A stretch of 63,179 nucleotides of DNA from contig CATKZK010000004.1 of NCBI GenBank assembly GCA_949841325.1, forward strand, positions 1-63,179. The letters run 5' to 3'. Made by a program: the position numbers and the translations under genes. Source of the DNA: an uncultured Bacilli bacterium. Lineage in GTDB: Bacteria; Bacillota_I; Bacilli_A; RF39; UBA660. How positions within the stretch are numbered: the stretch's first letter is position 1; every line of letters begins with the position of its first letter. A model generated the notes under the pieces. It was given only the letters and a program-made list of their open reading frames with translations, was not told the origin of the DNA and made no database searches. This document shows positions 1 through 7,606 of the stretch, piece by piece.

Positions 1-2
1 AA

Positions 3-92
3 CTTGATGTACTACAAGGATATTATCATGGGGATATTAGCATAAATCATGCAGATGATTATGTTGAGAGAATAAAGAGATTAGTTCGCTAA
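3..92 (+). CDS. 3' end of a gene entering from outside the window (partial, ...LDVLQGYYHGDISINHADDYVERIKRLVR*)
   Basis: Open frame from the window edge to TAA at 90-92, translated by hand; product unknown. Confidence 0.5.
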   Translation, partial: LDVLQGYYHGDISINHADDYVERIKRLVR

Positions 93-211
93 ATTACAAT
101 TTTTCGAGCAGATTAATTTATAAAAATTAGTCTGTTTTTGTTCCTAAAATTATAAAATTATGCTATATTTATATTAGTTAGTAATTTTTACTACCTACTA
201 TTGCTTTTGAG

Positions 212-244
212 AAAAGTTATTCGACTTCTTCTTCACAGGCACCA
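212..244 (+). repeat. tRNA-3'-end-like repeat copy A (AAAAGTTATTCGACTTCTTCTTCACAGGCACCA)
   Basis: Ungapped 20/33 match to copy E; ends in GGCACCA; followed by the AAAACAAAC/GTTTGTTTT hairpin. Confidence 0.5.
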
Positions 245-401
245 TGTGGTTATAAAACAAACAAAAATGTTTGTTTTTAGATAAATTTATAGGTGTGATT
301 TTATGATAAAAAGATTGATATTTGAGTCAATTTATGAAAAAAATGATAGTCTATGTAAGTTATATTTTTATAATTAATGCAAATCCACAACTAAATACGA
401 A

Positions 402-433
402 GTAGTTTGTTTTTGATTTCGTCAGGTCCACCA
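402..433 (+). repeat. tRNA-3'-end-like repeat copy B (GTAGTTTGTTTTTGATTTCGTCAGGTCCACCA)
   Basis: 26/32 identical to copy C; ends in TCCACCA. Confidence 0.7.
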
Positions 434-495
434 ATTGTGATTTCTATTCGAGTATTGAATTTTAATAATATATAATTAGTTTAGAAGGTGGGTAT

Positions 496-1140
496 ATGCG
501 ATTTGAAAATGAACACTTTATAATAAAATATACAGAATCTGATGTTGGATATATAGATGAGGCTATAGAAAGACTAAATAATAAATATGATGAATATACA
601 GAATTTTTTGGTGTTGGAGAATTGCCAGAGAAAGTTAAATTTATTCTTTATAATGATTTGGGAACGTTTAGAGAAAAAATGCTAGCTAGTTATGGGCATG
701 TTAAAGAAACTACTGTTGGTCATGCACATGGAAATTTAGTTGAAATATTAACATTAAATGAGCGAAAGAAAATAGAGATACATAAAAATAGTACTAAAGA
801 GATAATTATTATGACATTTGCTCATGAATTATTACATATTTTTCATACGTTTTATAAAGGAAATAATAGAAATTCTTGGTTTGCGGAAGGATTAGCGATA
901 AATTTAGGTAGTCCAAGATATGAGCTAGGTTTAATTGATTGTACTCCTGCTGATTTAATTAACAGAAAGGGTAAGTCTCGTCATTTCTTCGCTATGGTTA
1001 AATATATGTTAGATAACATGTCTCATGAAAATGTCCTTGAATATTCTAAAAATGATGATTTAGTTATAGAACACACCGAAGAAATATATAATTTAGCTAA
1101 CGAGTGGATAAAAAGTTTAAACAAAGGTAATAGCAGATAA
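496..1140 (+). CDS. Gluzincin-type zinc metallopeptidase (peptidase MA-like)
   Basis: HELLH (HExxH) followed by WFAEGLA third-ligand motif; RBS GAAGGTG. Confidence 0.75.
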   Translation: MRFENEHFIIKYTESDVGYIDEAIERLNNKYDEYTEFFGVGELPEKVKFILYNDLGTFREKMLASYGHVKETTVGHAHGNLVEILTLNERKKIEIHKNSTKEIIIMTFAHELLHIFHTFYKGNNRNSWFAEGLAINLGSPRYELGLIDCTPADLINRKGKSRHFFAMVKYMLDNMSHENVLEYSKNDDLVIEHTEEIYNLANEWIKSLNKGNSR

Positions 1141-1205
1141 ATGTTGCTGAATAATCGTATGAATTATATTTTTATAATTAATAGGAAGCCATCATTAAAA
1201 ACTAT

Positions 1206-1237
1206 GTAGTTTGTTTTTGACTCTATCAGGGCCACTA
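1206..1237 (+). repeat. tRNA-3'-end-like repeat copy C (GTAGTTTGTTTTTGACTCTATCAGGGCCACTA)
   Basis: Direct repeat of copy B; shares CTCTATC-GGGC with copy D. Confidence 0.7.
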
Positions 1238-1412
1238 ATATTGAAATTTTATTATTTTTAATTTTATATGAATATAGATGATTTAAATGGGATTGGGGCA
1301 TTTAAGATTAAGAAAGATTCTAAAACAAAGAAACAATGTATAATGAAATCATAACACTAGAGGAAATGGTTACTGATCTTTATAAATAATTGACTATTTA
1401 ATATCAGAGAGA

Positions 1413-1490
1413 TAAGTTGTGTTGTACTTCTCTATCGGGCACCAGATAGATAGGAAACTCGAACTTTCTATTTTTGCGGAGTTCGAGTTT
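1413..1490 (+). repeat. Repeat copy D with trailer (…GTTGTACTTCTCTATCGGGCACCAGATAGATAGGAAACTCGAACTTTC…AGTTCGAGTTT)
   Basis: 1442-1468 is 26/27 identical to the reverse complement of 25079-25105 (tRNA-Cys CCA plus trailer); perfect 11-bp inverted repeat AAACTCGAACT/AGTTCGAGTTT. Confidence 0.8.
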
Positions 1491-1618
1491 TAATGTACTT
1501 AAATTTATGGTATAATGTTTTTGAAGATTAAATTAAGTTATGTCAATTTAGTAAATACACTTGCTAATAGACAGCAGTCAATTAGCGTGTTAATTATTTT
1601 TGGAGGTATAAATTAATT

Positions 1619-2337
1619 ATGGATAAAGATTTAATTGTTAAAGATATTTCACAAATTGATTTGAAACACTCTTTTTTCATTATACAAATAAACAAAATTT
1701 AGATACTATTCTAAAAAATGGCCTTGAACCAAGAATTGGAGAAAATGCTTTATATGTTGAAAAAACACCAAAAATATTCTTTGCTGAAGGTGAAAAAGGG
1801 ATTGTAACTATTATGGATGTTTGGTTGAAATGGTTAACTGGAAAAATTAGTACTAGCAAATTTAAGTATTGGTTTGGAACAGCAATTTATATGAAAATAC
1901 CTTTTTGTATTAAAAGTATTCCAAATAATATGGTTAAAAAATCTTTAGATTCTAAAGAAAAGCGTTTAAAGGCATATGTAAAAATGAAAGAAATTTTGGA
2001 TAACAGTATTTTTCTCGTTTTAGATTTAAAAGAAAATATTGACTTTGATTATAACGATACAGATGAAGTGAAGAAGACATACTATGAAAGCTTTTTAAAA
2101 TTATTGTATCTTAGTGATAGCGACTTAAAAGATAATAAAATGGAATATTGGAATATGCATACTTATTCAAATAAAGCTATAAAACCTCAAAAAATTTCAT
2201 TGCTAAAGCATAATGATAATTATGATGTGAATAACATATTAATTAGTATAATAGAAAAAGATATAAAATATATCAAAAATAATTACGAATTTTTATATGA
2301 ATATTATATTTATATTCAGAGTTTAAAAAGTTGTTGA
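1619..2337 (+). pseudogene. Frameshifted gene with an ADP-ribosyltransferase-like N-terminal motif (FHYT-x4-L-x2-IL-x2-GL-x-P)
   Basis: RBS GGAGGT at 1602-1607 and ATG at 1619; one extra T in the T6 run at 1672-1677 joins this start to the 1813..2337 frame (…KHSFFHYTNKQNLDTILKNGLEPRIGEN…). Confidence 0.65.
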
Positions 2338-2380
2338 ACGTCCTTCCTTAGGGCAGCAGATTGATTATTAGTTGAACTTT
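2325..2380 (+). repeat. Repeat copy E with trailer (AAAAAGTTGTTGAACGTCCTTCCTTAGGGCAGCAGATTGATTATTAGTTGAAC)
   Basis: 28/34 identical to copy G (reverse complement of 24075-24108); overlaps the TGA stop of the upstream gene. Confidence 0.8.
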
Positions 2381-2464
2381 TTCGGCTATTAGCAAACAGA
2401 AAATTTAGAATTTGACATATCGATATAAGTATAGTAAACTTATACCAGTTGGAGGTAATAGACT

Positions 2465-2557
2465 ATGAAAAATATAATTGTAAATAATAACTTATTATTA
2501 GCCTTATTATTAAACCGATTATGTAGTAATGGGTCTATTTTGAGTGCTATTAAATAA
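2465..2557 (+). CDS. Leu-rich leader peptide MKNIIVNNNLLLALLLNRLCSNGSILSAIK (30 aa)
   Basis: RBS GGAGGT about 8 nt upstream; TTA TTA TTA GCC TTA TTA TTA AAC CGA TTA; directly upstream of LeuRS; absent from the ORF track. Confidence 0.8.
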   Translation: MKNIIVNNNLLLALLLNRLCSNGSILSAIK

Positions 2558-2614
2558 AAAAATAAAGCAATTCAATAGAGTCAATACTACATTTAAGTAT
2601 TGGCTCTATTTTTT
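2523..2614 (+). promoter_or_regulatory. Transcription attenuator (antiterminator 2523-2548 with 2566-2590; terminator 2574-2614)
   Basis: 15-bp stem AATAGAGTCAATACT/AGTATTGGCTCTATT (one G-U pair) plus U tract; its 5' arm can alternatively pair with GTAGTAATGGGTCTATTTTGAGTGCT inside the leader ORF. Confidence 0.75.
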
Positions 2615-2638
2615 ATTAAAAAGAAAGGAATGATTAAA

Positions 2639-5050
2639 ATGTATAATTTTAGAGAAATTGAAAAGAAATGGCAAGGTAAATGGTATAACGAAAAGAGTTT
2701 TAAAGCAATAGATTTTCATCCAACCAAACCAAAATATTATGTTCTATATGAGTTCTATAATATTAGTGGTAATCTACATATGGGGCATTTGAAAGGAACA
2801 GTCCCTGCAGATGCATTAGCTAGAATGAAAAGACTTCAAGGATATAATGTATTGTTTCCAATAGGTGGGGATTCTTTTGGATTACCTGCAGAAAATGCAG
2901 CTATAAAAACTGGTATCAATCCTAAAGATTTTGTTGATAATGGAATGAAAAATGCAATAGAGCAATCTAGAAAAATTGGACTTTCATTTGATTATGATAG
3001 AAGTTTTTGTACTAGTGATGAAGATTATTATAAATGGACACAATGGATTTTTCTTCAACTTTTGAAAGAAGGTAAAGCATATAAGGAGAAAGGTGTTGTA
3101 AACTATTGTCCAAATTGTAAGACAGTACTTTCGAATGAAGATAGTCAAGGTGGAGAATGTGATAGATGTCATGGTCAAGTCGTACAAGAAGAAAGATGGG
3201 TTTGGTTTCTAAAAATGAAAGAATACTCTGAAAAACTACTTGGAAATATTGAGAGAATTGATATGAATGAAAATCTAAAAGAACTTCAAAGAAATTGGAT
3301 AGGAAAATCAGAAGGTATGCAAGTGTCTTTTGATATAGTAGATGAAAATAATAATGTAATTGATAATGCTGGTATATTTACTACTTGTGTAGAAACTATT
3401 TATGGTATTACTTTTCTTGTAATGGCTCCAGAGCATAATTTTATTGAAGAACACAAAAATAAAATTCTAAATTATGATGAAGTATGTGAATATAAAAAAG
3501 AAACATCATATAGAAGTGAACTGGATAGAATGGCTAATCAAAAGGAAAAAACAGGTTGCCTTGTTCAAGGAATCTATGCAATAAATCCTGTTAATAATAA
3601 AAAAGTTCCTATATATCTAGCTGACTTTGTTCTTTCAGGATACGGTACAGGTATAGTTATGGCTGTTCCTACTCATGATCAAAGAGATTATGAATTTGCA
3701 AAAAAATTTAATATACCAATGATTCAAGTAATTGAAGGAAATACTGAAAATCAAGCAGTTGAAAAATACGAATATATAAAAGATAATAGTAAAATGTTAA
3801 ATTCTGAAGAATTTACTGGAATAAATGTGAAAGACGCTAAAGAAAAAATTGCAGATAAACTTATTGAAATGGGTGTTGGTAAAAAGCAAATAAATTATAA
3901 AATGCAAGATTGGTCATTTAATAGGCAAAGATATTGGGGCGAACCTTTTCCAGTCGTTTTCTGTGATAAATGTGGTATAGTCCCGGTTCCAGAAAATGAA
4001 CTTCCAATTACTTTGCCTAAAACAGAAGATTATATGCCAAATGAAAAGGGAAATTCTCCACTTTCTAAAATAGAAGATTGGGTAAATTGTAAATGTCCTA
4101 AATGTGGAAAAAAGGCAAAAAGAGAAACTGATACTATGCCAAACTGGGCAGGTTCTTCTTGGTACTGGCTTAGATATTGTGATCCTCATAATAATGAATC
4201 ACTTGCTGATATAGAAAAACTAAAATATTGGGGAAGTGTTGATTGTTATACAGGAGGTACTGAGCATATAACTCGACATGTTCTATATGCATTCTTTTGG
4301 CAAAATTTTTTATATGAAATAGGTGCAGTTCCTACAAGAGATCCATTTAAAAGAAAAATGGGAAGTGGATTGATTCTTGATGATACTGGAAAGAAAATGA
4401 GTAAGAGTTCTACAAATGGTGTATCACCAATAGAAGTAATTGATAAATATGGTAGTGATGTTGCAAGACTTCATGTTCACTTTTTGGCGGCATATGAAGA
4501 TAATACTCCTTGGACATATGATGGAATAAATGGCATAACTAATTTTATAGATAAAGTTTGGAATTTGCAAAATATGATTAAGGGTACTGAAATCTCTACT
4601 GAACATATTTATGAAACCAATAATTTGATAAAGAAAGTAACAGAAGATATAGAAAATCTTAAACTTAATACTTGCATATCAGCTTTTATGACTTTTATAA
4701 AAAAAATTAAAGAAGATAAATTTATAAGTAAAGAAGAACTAAAAACATTCCTAGTATTATTAAATCCTTTGGCTCCCCATATTACAAGTGAAATGTATGA
4801 AATAATTTTTAAAGAGAATATTATAGATGTAGAGTGGCCTAAATTTGATGAGAATTATTTAATTCGTGATGAAATTAATCTTCCTATTCAGATAAATGGA
4901 AAAATGAAAAAAACACTGTCTGTTAGGAAAGATGCTACCCAAGATGAAGTTATAAATTTCATAAAGAATACATATCCAGAATTAATATGTGGTGAAATTA
5001 AAAAAATTATTTACATTCAAGGTAAAATAATCAATATAATGTGTAAATAG
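2639..5050 (+). CDS. leuS: Leucyl-tRNA synthetase, divergent
   Basis: HMGH and KMSKS class I motifs; GDSFGLPAEN; CP1 editing motif GYGTGIVMAVPTHDQRD; Zn knuckles; C-terminal PIQINGK; start moved to ATG 2639 behind RBS AGAAAGGA. Confidence 0.92.
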   Translation: MYNFREIEKKWQGKWYNEKSFKAIDFHPTKPKYYVLYEFYNISGNLHMGHLKGTVPADALARMKRLQGYNVLFPIGGDSFGLPAENAAIKTGINPKDFVDNGMKNAIEQSRKIGLSFDYDRSFCTSDEDYYKWTQWIFLQLLKEGKAYKEKGVVNYCPNCKTVLSNEDSQGGECDRCHGQVVQEERWVWFLKMKEYSEKLLGNIERIDMNENLKELQRNWIGKSEGMQVSFDIVDENNNVIDNAGIFTTCVETIYGITFLVMAPEHNFIEEHKNKILNYDEVCEYKKETSYRSELDRMANQKEKTGCLVQGIYAINPVNNKKVPIYLADFVLSGYGTGIVMAVPTHDQRDYEFAKKFNIPMIQVIEGNTENQAVEKYEYIKDNSKMLNSEEFTGINVKDAKEKIADKLIEMGVGKKQINYKMQDWSFNRQRYWGEPFPVVFCDKCGIVPVPENELPITLPKTEDYMPNEKGNSPLSKIEDWVNCKCPKCGKKAKRETDTMPNWAGSSWYWLRYCDPHNNESLADIEKLKYWGSVDCYTGGTEHITRHVLYAFFWQNFLYEIGAVPTRDPFKRKMGSGLILDDTGKKMSKSSTNGVSPIEVIDKYGSDVARLHVHFLAAYEDNTPWTYDGINGITNFIDKVWNLQNMIKGTEISTEHIYETNNLIKKVTEDIENLKLNTCISAFMTFIKKIKEDKFISKEELKTFLVLLNPLAPHITSEMYEIIFKENIIDVEWPKFDENYLIRDEINLPIQINGKMKKTLSVRKDATQDEVINFIKNTYPELICGEIKKIIYIQGKIINIMCK

Positions 5051-5108
5051 TATTAAAAATTGTTTCGATTCTTAGAAATAGTGTTATAATTATTTTAATA
5101 TTCATTGG

Positions 5109-5204
5109 TAAAGTTGTAGATTACTTCTCCAATGGCACTAGATTGATTGTTACTCGAACCTTTCAGTGAGAGTGAAAGCGACTTGATAAAAACACGTTTT
5201 TATG
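5109..5204 (+). repeat. Repeat copy F with extended trailer
   Basis: TAAAGTTGTAGATTACTTCTCCAATGGCACTA-GATTGAT..ACTCGAAC; 5179-5204 is 22/26 identical to the tRNA-Cys terminator hairpin (reverse complement of 25037-25062) at nearly the same spacing from the CCA-like end. Confidence 0.75.
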
Positions 5205-5288
5205 ATATCACGAATTTTGTAAAGGGCACTTGCATAACAAAAAAAGGGAATACTTAACATTGAAAAGTTGAGTACTCACCAAATTGGT

Positions 5289-5328
5289 ATGCACTTAATC
5301 TTGTTTTGATTGAGTGCATTTTCTTTTT
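5289..5328 (+). terminator. Intrinsic terminator
   Basis: ATGCACTTAATC/GATTGAGTGCAT stem followed by TTTCTTTTT. Confidence 0.7.
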
Positions 5329-5413
5329 ATAATTCATTATTATTTAATAATAGAAGAATAGGTAGAATGGCAATAACGATTAAAGTAACGATTAGAGAAT
5401 CTTTCATAGTCAT
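5327..5413 (-). CDS. Putative 28-aa hydrophobic peptide MTMKDSLIVTLIVIAILPILLLLNNNEL
   Basis: ATG 7 nt after the stop of the 5421..6353 gene; one TM-like stretch; weak RBS. Confidence 0.35.
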   Translation of the reverse strand: MTMKDSLIVTLIVIAILPILLLLNNNEL

Positions 5414-5420
5414 TTTTCAA

Positions 5421-6353
5421 TTACTTTCTTCTTTTTTCAGTTGTATAATCTGAAAATTTACTTATTTTTGCTGATGATAGTTTGGATAATAAATCTTTTT
5501 GTAAAATTTCTATTTCTTTTTTTGTTATTTCTTGATTTTCTAAATAATATAAATTTTTAACAAAATCATATATACTTATTTTATTTTTCTTTTGTAAAAG
5601 TGATTTTGCAAAAACAAATCTTCCAACTTGGGATATTAAATCATAAAAATTCTTTTCTATTCCTTTTTTTTCAAAGAAATTGTATATAGTATCAAAAAAT
5701 ACATCCCATTGACTATTGGAAATTTCTAATGGTGGTAGATTATACACAATAGCATAAGCATCTATTTCTCTTACTACTTGTACCATAGTTTCCTCTTTAT
5801 CTAGATAATTTGTATCATTTTCAATAAGTGTTAAGTTTGGATAGTCCTTATTTATCTGTCTTTGTTGTTTTTCTAAAGCTTCTCTATATTTTTTTTCTTT
5901 TTCCGTTTCAACATAAGTTTCTTCTTTCTTTATGAAGGATTCATATTTTTCGCTATAGAAATCTTTTCCTTTTGCTTTTCCAATACCTTCTTGCAATATT
6001 TTATCTACGTCCTTTTCTTGTTCGATTTCAAAAATATTAGAATTGGATTTATAATGATTTGAAATTAAACTTTTTGCTTCAATAATAAAATCTTTAGTTA
6101 AAGTTGCAATAGTTCCAACACCAGTTATACTTGAACCGATGATTAATATAGTCGGATTTTTAAAAATTAAAAATCCAATATATGATAAAATTAGTGGACC
6201 AATAAATAAAACAACTTTCTTTAATCTACTTCTTAAATCTTTTTTCATAGCATTATCAAAGTTGTTTATAAAATCTTCCATTTGAACTAATTGAATTTCT
6301 GCATTTAAATTTTTAATTTTCTTTTTATCGTTTTTTTTATTCATATAAATCAC
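5421..6353 (-). CDS. Hypothetical membrane protein (two N-terminal TM helices)
   Basis: 310-aa ORF with two hydrophobic segments; no family recognised. Confidence 0.6.
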   Translation of the reverse strand: MIYMNKKNDKKKIKNLNAEIQLVQMEDFINNFDNAMKKDLRSRLKKVVLFIGPLILSYIGFLIFKNPTILIIGSSITGVGTIATLTKDFIIEAKSLISNHYKSNSNIFEIEQEKDVDKILQEGIGKAKGKDFYSEKYESFIKKEETYVETEKEKKYREALEKQQRQINKDYPNLTLIENDTNYLDKEETMVQVVREIDAYAIVYNLPPLEISNSQWDVFFDTIYNFFEKKGIEKNFYDLISQVGRFVFAKSLLQKKNKISIYDFVKNLYYLENQEITKKEIEILQKDLLSKLSSAKISKFSDYTTEKRRK

Positions 6354-6525
6354 ACTCTTTTTCTATCTATTGTAATTATATCATGAATAAGTACATTTTT
6401 TTAAAGATTTTGTTTACAATCGAAGTCTATGATATAATTAATGTGGTTTTATATATCGTATAAAAATGAGGTTATTCTAATAAGCTCTATTTTAAAATAT
6501 GTAAATGTAATGGAGGAGATCTATA

Positions 6526-7502
6526 GTGATTGGATTTGAAGATTCTCAAAAAAGAATATTTGAAGAAAACATAATAATCATACAGGTGGGGTATTATATA
6601 AGTGTCCTGCTAACATCAGTAAAGGATTCAACTTTGAATATTGCATATTTATACCAAATGGTGTAAATATGCAAACAAGTCTTTTAATTCAAATTCCTAA
6701 TTATAGTGCAAGTATAAGAACAACTGATATTGATGAGCGGACAGATTATATATTTGAAATTTTTAAAGGATTCAAATCGCATATTCACTTATGTAATAAC
6801 AGTTCTAAGTTTCCTATTTTATATCCTTTGTTTCCAAGAAAATGGGATGATTCTAAAAGGGAAGAAATATTTACCCATATGTTGTCAAGTAATGCTTTAT
6901 TTTATAATGATGAAAAATTTACTAGAGTGGATATTCAATTAATTAATATCATTAATGACGTCAAAAAAAGACTTGAATCGAATAATATTAACATAGATGA
7001 AAAAATTATTATTGAAGGCTTTTCGGCAACTGCTAAATTTGCCAACAGATTTACTTTATTACATCCAGAAATAGTAAAATTATGTATTGCAGGTGGTATT
7101 GGTGGCTGTTTAACTTTACCAATTCGAAAAATAGAAGGTGAAAATTTAATATATCCAGTTGGGATAGGGAATATTAAGGAAATAACTGATAAAAAAATAG
7201 AAGAATTTAAAAAGATTAAGCAATTTTATTACCAAAGTATAGACGATAATATTGATGCCTTTATTAGCACTACTAAAACATCTTATACGCCTGCTAATCC
7301 AGGAGTAATAAAAGAAGAATTAAAGCAGCTTTATAATTATTTAGGTAGAGATATGATGAATGAACGTTTCAAAAATACAAAAAAGATTTATATAAAGAAA
7401 AATGTAAATGCAACATTTAAAATATATCAAACTGGTGGGCATAGTCCTATGGTGGCAGTAGAAGATATAACAGATTTATTTTTGAAAGAGGTTAGAAAAT
7501 AA
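6526..7502 (+). pseudogene. Alpha/beta-hydrolase-like gene with a 5' frameshift
   Basis: RBS GGAGGAG then GTG 6526; adding one base near GAAGAAAACATAAT (about 6564-6575) joins it to the 6669 frame (…KGFNFEYCIFIP…); nucleophile elbow-like IEGFSATA, IAGG, C-terminal GGHS. Confidence 0.55.
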
Positions 7503-7557
7503 TAAATTATTCATTATGTAATTATATGGGAAAAATTAAAAAAAGCACATAAGAAAA

Positions 7558-7605
7558 CCTATAAAGAAAACTCGTATAAGATGAGTTCCTTTATAGGTTA
7601 TTTTT
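7558..7605. terminator. Hairpin between convergent genes
   Basis: CCTATAAAG…CTTTATAGG stem with adjacent T tract. Confidence 0.6.
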
Positions 7606-7606
7606 T

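Noticed and set aside
303-377. Short ORF MIKRLIFESIYEKNDSLCKLYFYN between repeats A and B (and a similar one at 1268-1354)
   Set aside because: Too short and featureless to call; treated only as possible decayed cargo.
2600-2638. Track start of leuS at TTG 2600
   Set aside because: It lies inside the terminator stem; ATG 2639 has a proper RBS and a typical LeuRS N-terminus.
2984-4606. Antisense ORFs within leuS (2984-3187, 3914-4189, 4424-4606)
   Set aside because: Shadow frames of a conserved gene with no RBS or motifs; the same applies to the other short ORFs nested in long genes (e.g. 8079, 11138, 15963, 19374, 43311, 49806, 57445).
212-5281. CRISPR array interpretation of the recurring repeats
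   Set aside because: Spacing is irregular (190-2800 nt), the intervals contain whole genes, the repeats are highly degenerate, and no cas genes are present.
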